DNA of 63,418 bases, filler included, from Aduncisulcus paluster (lineage: Eukaryota): assembly GCA_024181965.1 (NCBI GenBank). It is 12 parts of 12 records of this genome, joined end to end, with 100 filler letters (N's around TTAATTAATTAA, not from the genome) between each part and the next. Parts side by side here need not be neighbours in the genome. Positions count along the whole stretch, not along the records: positions 23,359 to 24,623 come from BQXS01000496.1; positions 24,724 to 38,068 come from BQXS01000501.1; 10 more parts are not named here. The stretch is one strand, 5' to 3'. How positions within the stretch are numbered: the first letter of the stretch is position 1; every line of letters starts with the position of its first letter. Shown one piece after another: positions 23,359 through 36,012 of the stretch. Position numbers and translations under genes: made by a program. A model generated the notes under the pieces. The model was not told where the DNA came from and did no database searches. It was given only the letters and a program-made list of their open reading frames with translations.

Positions 23359-23734
23359 CTCAAATCCTCCATCTTCTCCACAAGATCCTTCCCATGACGA
23401 TTCTGTTGTCATTGTGTCTGATGCATCTCTTGGTATGGCTGAGACCATCGAAGAAGATCATGTGCATCGAAGAGCTAAGAGCAGGAAGAAGTCTCGGAAA
23501 AGACATGGCAAAACTATTGTTAGGAAGAAATCAACAAGACGCAGAATGTTGGATGAGGATGAATCCAACAACAATGTTGTTTCTACGTCTCACTCGTCCG
23601 ATCGCTCCACTCTTGATGGTTGTGTGTCTGAAGAATCTCCAATGTCTCCCGACATTTCTCTAAATCCTCTGAAACCAAGTAGAACAAAGAAGAGGATAAA
23701 AAAGAGGAAGAAGAGGGTGATAGTATCAAAATAA
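23359..23734 (+). CDS. 3' fragment of a basic low-complexity protein
   Basis: Open frame near the contig start ending KKRKKRVIVSK*. Confidence 0.5.
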
Positions 23735-23972
23735 GTTTCTTTTTATTTAGAATATTTAATGATTTGTTTACTTTTTTTTAAAATTCATTATTATAGAGCC
23801 TCGTCGCAATATTTTTTATTAGTTATTGATTTCTCTAGATCCTTTCACTTTAACTCACCATACAAATTTTAGTTTCCTTTTTGATACTGATTTTGTATTG
23901 CTTTTTAGCTCTAGTTACCTAATTACATAATATTTTTATTTGTTTCTAGGTTTCAGCACACCTTTTTTCTAA

Positions 23973-24623
23973 ATGACTGAGGAAGCGCAGAGCTCCATTG
24001 AAACGGGCGAAATTAGTCGCCTTTTTGAGTCACTTTCTGCTAGCAATATCCCCTACCTCCTAACTGATCTTGGGATCTTGGTTACTCTTGGTTCCCAAAG
24101 GAAGTTCCAAGTTGGAGATATTAACTACAATATTCCGACCAAGGATGTTGCTTTAAAAGTCCTTGTTCATATTTATGAGAAGAACCCTCTTGTTAGAGAA
24201 CTCTTTGATGGTCGTATCTCGAACCTACAAGGGATCTCCAATGGTACCTCCACCACTATTGCCTCCAATAGGAAATGCCTTTTTATGTTTATTAAATCGC
24301 TTTCTGATAAAGAGGATAAAAAATTTTCGGAGTTAGATAGCCTTGCCATGTCTACAGAAACCTCTGGTGGTGAAACATCAGACTCTCCTACTCCGTTGCA
24401 TCTATTTGTAACCCCCACTATTCACAAGAGGGCTACAAAACGTCAGCTGTCCAAGAAGAGTGAATCTCTGCAAAATTCCATTATTAAAGGGCGCACGCCT
24501 GCTGCTCATGGCATAGCACATGCTGCTGTTCGTGCCGCTGATAATACTTGGAACAATTTGCAGAAGAAGTTGCCTCGACTATCTGACAAGTCTCCTGTTG
24601 ATATTATGGATGATATTCTGATG
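23973..24623 (+). CDS. Hypothetical protein, 3'-truncated
   Basis: ATG ORF following AT-rich DNA and running into the linker. Confidence 0.6.
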
Positions 24624-26361
24624 NNNNNNNNNNNNNNNNNNNNNNNNNNNNNNNNNNNNNNNNNNNNTTAATTAATTAANNNNNNNNNNNNNNNNNNNNN
24701 NNNNNNNNNNNNNNNNNNNNNNNGATGGAATGTGTTGGAGGGGGAGTATAGTCAGATAAAACGTTGTCAAACAAAAAGAAAGGGGATAATTGAGAACTAC
24801 AATGAAACTTAAGCTGAGGCACCGAATGAAGGCCTGATATAGAGGATAAAAGATGCGATGGGCTGTGATTTGTGAATAAAGAATCTGAAGGAAGGCTAGG
24901 GGAGATAGGATGAAAAAAATCATCCGAATAAAACCTTCGTTTAATGGCAGATGTAATATTTTGATTGGAACTGACATGAACTTCAGATCCATCGGAATTT
25001 TGCGAATGGCACAACATCATTTTGATTCAGAAATAGTACAGGTATATAGGGTTAATAAACGAGGAGAAACAATACCAAAATCAATTATTTGGTAAAAAGT
25101 ATAACTGATGGTTTTGTTCCCTTTCGTCAAAACAGGAACTTACGAATTTCGTCTTGATTTCGATGAATCGTTTGAACACCGAATTCATCATCGGAAACAT
25201 GAAAGAAATGCATATTTACAGAAGAAATATTCGTCCTTTATTTTTTTCTCAGGTGGATATTAATATGAAAGGTCATAAATCAATGCCCAAAGAAAATGAC
25301 GAAAAATTTGATCCGATCATTTCAATTCTTCCGGTTTCTTGCTTCCATTGATGCTTTTGATAGGATCAATGATCACATTTTATTTAGTTGGCCATAAATT
25401 CGTTTGATTTAATGAATGATTATCCCATTATCTTTGTAAAATTTGTAGAAAATTTAAGTTGAAATCTTTCAATGGGTTTGGATTCATTCTGACATGTTAT
25501 ATTGATGATCCTAATGTTTATTCATGTCACTTTTAACCTTTGGTGGGCAGATATTGACATATATTTCCCCACAATCATATGTATTGGGAATGGATGCCAA
25601 AAATGGGACAGACATTTAAAAAGCATAAGCAGGAAAATTTGGATGATTTCAAATATCATTTCGTTATTTATTCAGTTATCTTGAAATATTTTGAAAGAAA
25701 TCAACATAACCGTGATCCAATTCTGACAATCTGGATGGAGATAGTGATACCGTGATATATTGTTATTNNNNNNNNNNNNNNNNNNNNATTCTTCCGGTTT
25801 CTTGCTTCCATTGATGCTTTTGATAGGATCAATGATCACATTTTATTTAGTTGGCCATAAATTCGTTTGATTTAATGAATGATTATCCCATTATCTTTGT
25901 AAAATTTGTAGAAAATTTAAGTTGAAATCTTTCAATGGGTTTGGATTCATTCTGACATGTTATATTGATGATCCTAATGTTTATTCATGTCACTTTTAAC
26001 CTTTGGTGGGCAGATATTGACATATATTTCCCCACAATCATATGTATTGGGAATGGATGCCAAAAATGGGACAGACATTTAAAAAGCATAAGCAGGAAAA
26101 TTTGGATGATTTCAAATATCATTTCGTTATTTATTCAGTTATCTTGAAATATTTTGAAAGAAATCAACATAACCGTGATCCAATTCTGACAATCTGGATG
26201 GAGATAGTGATACCGTGATATATTGTTATTATTTTTCTTCATTTCATTGTAAATAGTTGGTTTTATACTCATTTAAGAAGAGGGACTTGATCTAAAGAGT
26301 GTTGAATTCACCAAAAGGTCCGCATTGACTTGAATAGAATTTCGTTTAAATTCTCAAACAT

Positions 26362-29300
26362 TTATTCATGAATTGTCCTATTATCAACACGAAGATGCAG
26401 CTGAGATAGCTTTTTTGGACGATTTGCAGGCATTGTTTGTGTCAACACGAACAGACGGTCTCTTTTTATCTTAACTTCAGCATCGAACAAACCTTTTTTA
26501 TCCTTTGCCGAGAGATTTGGAACTCGTATATGCCCCGTCGAATATTCCATATCAGGTTTTGATGACGCTTGTTTTGCCTTTGGAAGGATGAATTGATGAT
26601 CGGTCGGTTCAGGAGGCCTCTCTTTCTCAGTGTGGATTATTCTCCCATCCACAAGACTTGTTCTTCGTGATCTTTCAGATTCAGGTCCACATGTCTCAGC
26701 AATCATTGATACAAAATGACGCATGATTCGTTGCTTTTTCTGACGATTATCTCCACGTCGTTCAACCATCCATTCATGACCAGCTTTACCGTTAATCACC
26801 ATTTCATCAGAAATATCTTCCGGAATAATATCAGACTCCTGTTTTAGTTGGTCAGACACCGTTTTCATTCCTAATTTGAGAGCACCACTAGCATATACAC
26901 CAGGGTTACTCTTTAACCAGTCAGTTTTGGCCTTTTCCCTTTCCAATAATTTAGCCAAAGCCTTTTGCCTTCTTTCTTCGAGGGAAGGGAATGTCAAACC
27001 AGAGCCATTCCGTGGAGAACGACCCTTTCTTCTGCGACTCGAGTGGAATATCAAAGTCGTTTGGTCACCACGGGCATTATTTACAATACCAATGTAAGGA
27101 GACGACGAGGAAGAAAGAGGAGAGCGAGAAGAGGGGAACGGATGTTTCAATGGACTGAGGGAGGGACTTATCCGTGATGTATTTGGTGTTTCTTTGGGAT
27201 TATGGGAGCTGGAATGTGAAGGAAGCATCTGCTTTAAGTGTTGGTGACCATCAGAAGGAGAAGAAATCGCCACACCATCTTTAGCAGTCGTGATTGAATC
27301 CTTTTTTTCCGTATATATCTTTCTGCTACTCTTTTTCTCTGGAATAGGATTAGCTCTTCGAACAAACACAACATCAGACTGGTCGTCTTGAGTCGAATAT
27401 TTGGATTGGACTTCACCGAAGGCATCATGGGAGCCCTGTATGTGACCATAGTCGGCATCGAAGCGTGAGATGACAGAGTTTTGGAATCGATCCCTCCGAA
27501 CATATTGTCTTTCTTTTCTTTGACGAAGTTCCTTGTTCATCCTTCTCTTCTCTTTCCTTTCCTTCATTTCACCAATTTTTATGTTTTTCATCTCTTCTTT
27601 AAGCTCATCTAAGCGAGTTTTACGGCCGTACAGACTCAAATGTCCAGGAATAACCTCTCGTGTCTGCTTTTTCAACATTTCATCAGTGGGAATCGATGTG
27701 CCTATTTCTGTCATCATTTGAGAAAGTTCAGAGGAATCATGTGACGACATTCGTCCGAGAAGCATTTTCTGATGTGTTTCCTTCCTTCTCTTGGCCTTTG
27801 ACAGCACAGGTGAAGCGAGAGAAGGCGAAGAAGAAAGAGAATGTGCCAATTGGTGTGATAATGTGGAATTGAACTCTGAGTAACTTACCGGGTGCAACGA
27901 GACCGACGGGGATTCATTAGCAGCTGAAATTACACTCATTGAAGAAGGAGTGAGTTTTAATTTCTCTTCAACACTATCCTCACGGGGTAACATTTGAGGC
28001 GACGAGACAAACTCGTGAGGGAGTTTCTTGAGGATTGTAGAGCCATGTAAGGCTGATTGTCTCGGAGATAATCGAGAACTTCCCATCTGAATCAAGTTTA
28101 ATCCACCTTGTCGTAGTCTACTTTTCTTCTTGTTTTTTGATCCTTTAAGTCTCGTTGCATCACTTATACCAGACATCTTCGATTGGAGGGCAATGCGATG
28201 ATCAGAACCTTTCGTTGCAGACCTTTCCCTATACCTCTTTGTATTATTAATTCTTGGAACAGCAACAGAAAGTCCAGAATAATAGCCGAGTTCGCTTACA
28301 CTTCTCCCACTCGGCGATGAAATATAATGATCTGATTCACCTCTATGAGTATTGTGATGACCATGATTCTCCTTTCTCCACATCTGTTTTGCACCACTCA
28401 AAGGAACAGGACTCGTTTCATCTTCGATCGTTTCATAGAGGATAGATTGAGACAATTTAGATGAATGGGGTAGAAGATCTGAAGCTGCCCGACTTGAAGA
28501 GGAAGAGGAAGAGGAGGAATCCTTTCTTCGGTTTGGTTTTATACCGTACTTTGTATATTTGTTTGGAGTTGGGCAATGGAGAGCTGGTAAAGCATTTGTA
28601 CAACCATGATTCACAGATATTTCACAAAGAGAAGAGGAATGAGATAATGTTCTTATTGCATACTCTCCACTCGAAGTAACAGACCCATCGGCATCAATTC
28701 GTGAGCTGTCAAGATCTTCTTCATCTCTTTCCTCTTCTTCCTCATCTCCCAATTTATGATGGGGATTATACTCTTTGCCCATGGCATTGCTCTTCCTTTT
28801 GTTCTTAGCTTTCACAGGACCGTCTCTCTTGATAGAAGTATATTTATGTGAAGAAGAAGCTTTAAGAGGACCGTGGCCAAGATCTTCGCCTGAAATCGTT
28901 GGATGAACATATATACAACCAGAAAAGTCATGAGTTTCTACTATTTTCAAAGAAAAGGAAAAGGAAAAGTAAATAAAAATACAATATATAAAAATAAAAT
29001 CGAATCAATAATTTTGAATAGCATATAAATGAATAACATATAAATGAATAACATATAAACGATAAATAAAACGATAATTACATACCTTTTTGACTTTGAA
29101 GTGTTTGATGAACTTTCAAGATAGGTAAAGTCACTGCTGGTGAACTTTTCTTTGATAATATGATAAGTTTTTGACCTAAAGTTATTTTTGGCGCACCTTT
29201 TCCATCAAGAACTCTTCCATTTCTTATATATTGAACGAACATATCGCTATATCTCTCTCCTCCTGATCCGTCCTTGTTGTTTTCTCCTTCCTCATCTTCT

Positions 29301-30307
29301 TGCTTGAACATTTCTAATTCAAGCTTACTACACCACTCCATTCCTTCCGAATACTTCGGATAAACCATTGGCAAGACAATTGGAATTGCAGAGAGCATGG
29401 CAATGAGTCGAGCCCAACAGGAAGCACCAGACACATGGTTCGTCTCCCTGAAGGCAACCAACCATCCATCAAGGAGATCAGAGACCTCATCATATACGCG
29501 AATGGCGTGGGAAGGATCACAACAGAGAGACGCAAAAAACCCGAGGCTATGTTCAACTTTAACATGAGAAGAATCAATCATAGCAAATCCGGCAAAGTTC
29601 TTTTTAATAATTGTACATATTGGATGGAATAAATGCCATAATTCAGCACAATATGCGTTACATGGGGTTATATTATTGTGCGACAGTGTAATGTTGTTCA
29701 GAATACCCATCCAGCATCCAAATAGCATGCTTGAGGTGTATTTCTTAAGCCAGGGGAGGACATTATCCTTGATTATCTTGATAAACGATTCTTTCACCGC
29801 CTGTGAAGGGCACAAAGATATATTTATACAGGTAAGGAGAACATTGGTGACAACAGCATCAGGAAGAGTGACCTTCTTGCCTTTAAGGAACAAACGACGC
29901 AAGGACCGTTGCAATTTTTCATATATTATGGCTATTTTGCTCTCATCTTTTACCATAATATTCATACAAAGCTCATACAAAATAACTGAAACAGAGTCAC
30001 CAATCCGAGACTCAAGAAATATAAGTTTATCTAAGAATTGGTCAATCATATGAGACATATCGTCCATTGAAAGGAGTAATACTTCTGATTTATGCGTAGA
30101 TCGCTGCAAATATGAGAGACATTCACAAGCGAGAATTATCTTGTTTTCATTCTCTTTGATCGCAGAAGATGATTTATAAAATGTTAATATTTTCATTATG
30201 TCAGCCCAATTTTTTTTGTATAATTCAGATTTAGCAGCTATATGTGGGGCTAACTTAATTGTTTCAAGTAGCCCAGTTAAACTGGAATGAGAGAGAACTG
30301 ATTGCAT
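26362..30307 (-). CDS. ~1270-aa protein: helical ARM-like N-terminal domain plus a Ser/basic tail; intron 28941-29085
   Basis: Donor G|GTATGT at 29085 and a pyrimidine tract with TAG at 28941 (NAGNAG alternative at 28938) join the 409-aa and 862-aa ORFs in frame. Confidence 0.7.
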
Positions 30308-30837
30308 GATATAAATATTAACTACAATCTTGTAACTTCAAATTAAATTATGATATGAATTTATACAGTAATATTATATAATTAGAGAAAAAACGAAATT
30401 AAAACAAGAAATCACATTAAAATCGAAAAAAAATACATACAATCTCCAAGATAGTTATCTGTATATGCCAAAAGTTCTTATTAAAGAAGTATTACGGATC
30501 TGAGTGTCGGGAAAACATTGAATTCATTCTGGGCAGGCGATACGAGATTGACACATCATGTATACCTTGTCTACAAATTTAAACCGATAGTAAATTCTTG
30601 TTGGCAAGTTTAAATGTTCCATTATTTATATTGATCTCAACATACAATAAAATCTTGTATTTTGATTGAATCCCAGATTTTATTTGAAATCTAGAATTTG
30701 AATTCGATCTGTACCTATCTGGACCATTTAAATAATCTTATATTATTATCTTTTATTAGTCTGACAAGATATTCCAATCATCATACATTGTTGTTGTGTT
30801 ATTTGTTGAGTTATAACATAATTCCTCTTCAAAAGTA

Positions 30838-32640
30838 ATGGGCATATTGCAGTTTTTTAACCTTTGTTTAAGTTTTATACTTATCTACTTACTTTTCTTC
30901 ATCTTTGAGAATCACCATCTTGCAGACGCTTTAATTGCGAATAAGTATGATCTTGGCTCATTTTCATGTAATGACCTTTCTGTTGTTCCATCACACGAAT
31001 TATTTTCTGCTACTTTTCAATGCCTTGAGAATCAACATTTTTCTTTTGCGCTAAAACATGATTATATTGATAAAGTTCTTCGTTTTGTTGATCCAATCCT
31101 CAAAAATACACCCTCTTTTGTTGAACTTGAAGATGAATCGACAATAACTCAAGATCTTGTTGTATTTGGAGATATTCATGGAAATCTTTCATCTCTACTA
31201 TCAGTTTTGTCACCATTTATTGTTCAATCCACGTCAAATTCATCAAATATCACAACAGATAGTATGGGCTCTTCACCAAAGAAGAATAGTCCACCTCGCC
31301 ACATTTCTCTTTCTCCCAATTACCAATATGTCTTCTTAGGAGACATTGTTGATAGAGGCGCCTATTCCCTTGAGAGCGTTCTCCTCATATTAACAGCTAT
31401 AATCTCCCATAATGAACTATATTATCAATCCAATTCTCCATCCCTCAACGCTTCACAACATCCATCAATAACATTACTTCGTGGAAATCATGAATTTTTG
31501 CAAACTTTTGCTAATTTTGGGTTTTTACAAGAACTTCAAAAAAAGTTATTTTTAGATTCACGAGGTGGAATGAGAAAGAGTATTAGTCTCTCTCAAAGTG
31601 CACATATGATATTTCTCTCTCTTCTTGATACCTTTTCTCTCCTTCCCCTTGCTGCCTCCAAGGGAGAAATATTCTTATCTCACGGCGGATTACCTCTCCA
31701 ACACAATCCTACCCTCTTAACAGATTCATTCTCCTCTTCCATCCTCTCACCGAGTCAACAGCAGAAGATTACCAACAATAATACATTCAATGGTCAAACT
31801 ATCCTTCCGGTGAATTCTATGCGCATAATTGATGGTTTCAAGTCACTTGGCAAGCTTTCATTTGATCCCACATCCTCAGATTTCTCCTATGGTCCATGGG
31901 AATCTGTTTTATGGAGTGATTATCGAGATATCACTGATGGATTTTATCCAATGGATAGAACTCTGAGCAAATCAATAACCAATCCACGTGGTGCAGGTTT
32001 TTTGATAGGTAAAACAGACTTTGTGAAATTTATGTCATTTATGCACTATTCACTCTCTATTCGTGCTCATCAAATAATGAATTCACAAGGATATAACATT
32101 GGATTCTTATATTCATCTAATTCATCACTGCCTAAAACAAACATAAAAACTCAAATACCAATTGAATTATTATCTCGTGATGCGGCAGTTGATTCCACAT
32201 CTTCTTCTTTTTCTCAAATGGTTCATATGGATGAGAATATTTCCCAACCTAATACTGAATTTATGGCCATCAATCCTAATAATGAAGACACATGTGATGA
32301 ACGCTTGCTTTTGAATGGAGGAGAATATGAGTCTGTTGATAAGGAATCTATTTCAAATCCTATCCTCAATAATAGTAATAATTTAAATCATTCTGTTCAT
32401 TCTCCACCGGTTATTCCATTCACTCAATCATTTGAATCTATAAATAGTAACGTTTTTTGTACTGAGAAACAACATGCATCCCTCTCTTCTCCAAAAGTGG
32501 TCACTGTGTTTTCTTCTGCCAACTATGGTGGGTTTTCGAACGAAGCGAATTTTATTATCGTTTCCGCTCAATCCCTTGGCGATAATCATTCAAATGAGTT
32601 CTCTAATGATCTTGAATTTCAAATTTGTGCAATCCGTTGA
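30838..32640 (+). CDS. PPP-family Ser/Thr protein phosphatase with an N-terminal hydrophobic segment
   Basis: Motifs GDIHG, GDIVDRG, LRGNHE, SHGG, LWSD, NPRG, IRAHQ and VTVFSSANY. Confidence 0.92.
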   Translation: MGILQFFNLCLSFILIYLLFFIFENHHLADALIANKYDLGSFSCNDLSVVPSHELFSATFQCLENQHFSFALKHDYIDKVLRFVDPILKNTPSFVELEDESTITQDLVVFGDIHGNLSSLLSVLSPFIVQSTSNSSNITTDSMGSSPKKNSPPRHISLSPNYQYVFLGDIVDRGAYSLESVLLILTAIISHNELYYQSNSPSLNASQHPSITLLRGNHEFLQTFANFGFLQELQKKLFLDSRGGMRKSISLSQSAHMIFLSLLDTFSLLPLAASKGEIFLSHGGLPLQHNPTLLTDSFSSSILSPSQQQKITNNNTFNGQTILPVNSMRIIDGFKSLGKLSFDPTSSDFSYGPWESVLWSDYRDITDGFYPMDRTLSKSITNPRGAGFLIGKTDFVKFMSFMHYSLSIRAHQIMNSQGYNIGFLYSSNSSLPKTNIKTQIPIELLSRDAAVDSTSSSFSQMVHMDENISQPNTEFMAINPNNEDTCDERLLLNGGEYESVDKESISNPILNNSNNLNHSVHSPPVIPFTQSFESINSNVFCTEKQHASLSSPKVVTVFSSANYGGFSNEANFIIVSAQSLGDNHSNEFSNDLEFQICAIR

Positions 32641-32776
32641 CGATGTAATGTTTGTAAATCTTTCATTGACTTAGAAGGTAGAACCAAGAATAATCAATTG
32701 CAATCCGTGCTTCTGATAAAGGTTTTATTCCTTCAATAGATCAAAATTTGACTTATGAGCTCGATTCATTCTTCCA

Positions 32777-34102
32777 TCAACGAAGATCATATATTAATTT
32801 CCCTGGACGAATCGTACAATGTTCTTTCCGGCTCGTCTGTCCCATAGATATGAATGATGCATCCATTATATCTGATCTATCATCGTGAAGAGCAATTGAG
32901 TCACTCACCAACCCAGATCCATCAACTCTCAAATCAGAACTCTGTTCATTGAGTTCACTGCGGCAGTGATCATTGCCTAATAAATATTTTGAATCAGCAA
33001 TTGTTGGACAAGTTTGATCTTGATTCTTTCTTCCTCTCCTCTTACGTTTTTTTCTGCTCGACTCTTTCCTCTCCTCGCTTTGACGCTCAAAAGATGTTTG
33101 GATGGAGCTGAATGTGGCTTTACACTCATCAAAATCGATGGAACAGTCACTTGATGTTGCTCCAATCTCCTCTAATACATCTGAAACGCAGAGTTGAGAC
33201 TTGCAGATCTCTGGATCAGAGTCGTCACTTTCCAGGTCGTCATCAATCTCAGATTGAGAATCATCAATGCTCTTTTTGGTCCCTATTTTTTTTGAAGATC
33301 TCTCTGATTTCACGGATGTGCTTTCTTTGGACTCTGAGGAGGCAATAATAGACTCAATCATATCGAGAACAGCTCTTCTCCTTTGAAGTCCAAGCTTATA
33401 CATCGCATAAAAGGATTTGTCAAGGGATATCAATCGCTTAGCATCCCACAGAGAGCTATCTGAATTTTCACAATCCAGATCTTTGCTAGTTCTCTTCTTT
33501 CCAATTGAATCTTTGAATTTCCTTTTCGGGCATGAATCATCTCGATATTCATCAATTTCTGCTAACATCATATCAATTGAATCCTGAAAAGACGCCAAAG
33601 CGGTTGGAATAGAATAAGAATCTGGAAATCTTCGTAAATGTCTACACTGTTTTTGAAGAAGTTCTTTTTCTGTCTCCAGCTTTGATATTTCAGAGTAAAT
33701 ATTTTTTGTAGAGGTTTGAAGAGCTGAAATAGAATCATCAGAGAGCACGGAAATGAGAGATTGATTCGGATAATATACAACGGAATCATCGATTGAGAAA
33801 TCAGATTTATGGGCAGGAATTACTAATCCGGAGGGAGTTTTTGATATTAAGATCATAGGTATGTCTGACTTTGTTGATTCATAAAAATCATCAACAATAC
33901 TAAATTCTTCAAAAGAATTAAGAATGCGAAGAATATCTTGGATATCAATCTTTGGAAAAGTCTTTTGCACCAATTTAATCAATTGATTTTGAGAAAATGG
34001 TTTGTTTTCGGTTAGAATGTGTTGGATGAGAAAATTTCTTATCTCAAGTTTAGAGACAGCAATTACGTTATTTTGAGGTTCTAAATCAGATATCTTCAAC
34101 AT
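32777..34102 (-). CDS. HOP2: Hop2/PSMC3IP-like meiotic recombination cofactor
   Basis: Winged-helix ILTENKPFSQNQL (cf. Hop2 NRPYS), VYYPNQ, a coiled coil, QRRRAVLDMIESII and VLEEIG. First ATG is at 34102. Confidence 0.65.
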   Translation of the reverse strand: MLKISDLEPQNNVIAVSKLEIRNFLIQHILTENKPFSQNQLIKLVQKTFPKIDIQDILRILNSFEEFSIVDDFYESTKSDIPMILISKTPSGLVIPAHKSDFSIDDSVVYYPNQSLISVLSDDSISALQTSTKNIYSEISKLETEKELLQKQCRHLRRFPDSYSIPTALASFQDSIDMMLAEIDEYRDDSCPKRKFKDSIGKKRTSKDLDCENSDSSLWDAKRLISLDKSFYAMYKLGLQRRRAVLDMIESIIASSESKESTSVKSERSSKKIGTKKSIDDSQSEIDDDLESDDSDPEICKSQLCVSDVLEEIGATSSDCSIDFDECKATFSSIQTSFERQSEERKESSRKKRKRRGRKNQDQTCPTIADSKYLLGNDHCRSELNEQSSDLRVDGSGLVSDSIALHDDRSDIMDASFISMGQTSRKEHCTIRPGKLIYDLR

Positions 34103-34879
34103 ATATATCTCAGGGCAGGTGGTTTTGCTCACAAAATAACATAATTACAAACACTCAAGGTTTCGTTTACATTTTCCACCAAACGCAAAAAGCATATAAA
34201 TAAGAATATTACCATAATTTTCATAGCCTATGATTCATTATAAACCGATTATATATTCTGAATTGCGTTGTAGTTGTCAAAGTTGGGTGTTATATCTTGA
34301 AAATCATGTGAGCATGTATTAGGCAAAAAAATACAAGGATACCGACAAATTATTAATTTCCTACCATGATAGGATCCATTTAAGCAAAAATATAAAAGAA
34401 AATTGAAATACATGAGACCATGGACAAAAAAAGCTATATATCACGAAAAACAGAATAATTCTAACGTAATACATAACAATCAGATAGATTAATCATTTAA
34501 GTATATCTTTCTCATTTGAATAAACCAATCAGTCACGTTGACGCAAGACAGATCCAAAATGATTTCGGTTTTGTTCTCGCATAAATCAATCCCTAAACAA
34601 CACCAAGATAGCAAACAATGAGTGTTTTATTGAATTAACAGCGATAATTTAATTTATCGGAGGAAAAATGGTGAGGAATTAAACAGGCTTTCTTAAAACG
34701 CAAAAACAGGGAAAATCATCAAACAAATGAACCAAATCAAGATGAAAATTAGGTGAAACCTTATGATTGAGTTATGTTATTTTGTGAACATCACCTGATA
34801 TTGGTGGAAATAGAATACCATGTCGACGGTATTTTAGTTTTCGAATGAAAAAGATAATTTGGACATGATAATGGCATCA

Positions 34880-35797
34880 TTACATTGGTACATCTTGTCC
34901 TGGAAGATAATATGTGGGATAAGCAATCCCAGCATAAGGTGCATTAAATTTGGTTTCAAAAATTTCATGAACAGGGTTATAATCATCATCCCAAGTCAGA
35001 AAATCATAATATGTTTTTCCTTCATACACAATAAATACTTCATAAATCCATTCTTGGAGCGTTTTGTTCCCAAGATCACTAATTATTGTAAACCATGTAT
35101 TCACTTCACTTCTCACAACTGGGTTTCCATAATAATCAACAGGATCCCCAATAGGCTCACCGTAGAGGTTCATATATGTTCTATTTACGTCTACATCAAG
35201 GAAATAATCCACATCATGCACATTATGGAGCCAATTTATCATATCTTGAGCCATATCCATACACTGGTTCCCACGAAAGATTTCTTCATTTTGCCAATAG
35301 TCCCAAAGTTCAAACATGGTGTAATTACGTCTGGTAGAGTTCCACTGATGCCAGAAAGATGCAGCGATGTCATTAAGAATATCTCCGGTTATATCAGAGA
35401 TATGATTATCAATCACCCATCTATACTCTGGTTCAGGTCCAAATTCATGTCCATGAAAACATAACAATTCATCCCAGTGTGGCCAGACAAGATACCCATC
35501 ATCACCAACATATGGGAATTTGGCAGCCATGGTATAATGATCGCGTGTATCATAGTGATATGTGAACGATTTTGTTGAATCATCTTTCGCTAAAAAACTC
35601 ATTTGAGCGTGCATTCCACCAACAAATCCAAGAAGGGGACCAAACTCATCTTGGAAGGCAGGACGATTCACATAATAAACTTCATAGATTTCATCTGCTG
35701 GAACATCTTCCCAAACATCGATATAATCAACAGATTCTCCAGGAATGACCAAAAGTAACAAGACAACGAAACCCAAAAGCAAAGTGAATAATTTCAT
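34880..35797 (-). CDS. Secreted/lysosomal CLN5-like protein
   Basis: Signal peptide MKLFTLLLGFVVLLLLVIPG; EVYYVNRP, GGMHAQMSF, YTMFELWD and QCMD fit the CLN5 His/Cys layout. Confidence 0.6.
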   Translation of the reverse strand: MKLFTLLLGFVVLLLLVIPGESVDYIDVWEDVPADEIYEVYYVNRPAFQDEFGPLLGFVGGMHAQMSFLAKDDSTKSFTYHYDTRDHYTMAAKFPYVGDDGYLVWPHWDELLCFHGHEFGPEPEYRWVIDNHISDITGDILNDIAASFWHQWNSTRRNYTMFELWDYWQNEEIFRGNQCMDMAQDMINWLHNVHDVDYFLDVDVNRTYMNLYGEPIGDPVDYYGNPVVRSEVNTWFTIISDLGNKTLQEWIYEVFIVYEGKTYYDFLTWDDDYNPVHEIFETKFNAPYAGIAYPTYYLPGQDVPM

Positions 35798-36012
35798 TGT
35801 GTTTTTCAATATTATTTATAAAATGAAAAACAATAATTACTAAATAATTTTTGAAATGACCCAAAAAACCATTTCAGATTCAATTTTCATTTTCCAGTAA
35901 TTCATCCGACATAATAAAATTTATCGCGATTTTTCCGTTTTTAATGCCATGTTAATATATTTTTATCAATATTTTTTCCTGTCAAACAATGATAGCATAC
36001 ATTACATCAAAT

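Noticed and set aside
24724-26260. Coding-like but stop-riddled region
   Set aside because: No frame or family could be supported.
34859-35464. 201-aa plus-strand ORF and many similar short ORFs
   Set aside because: They are antisense or alternate-frame shadows of real genes.
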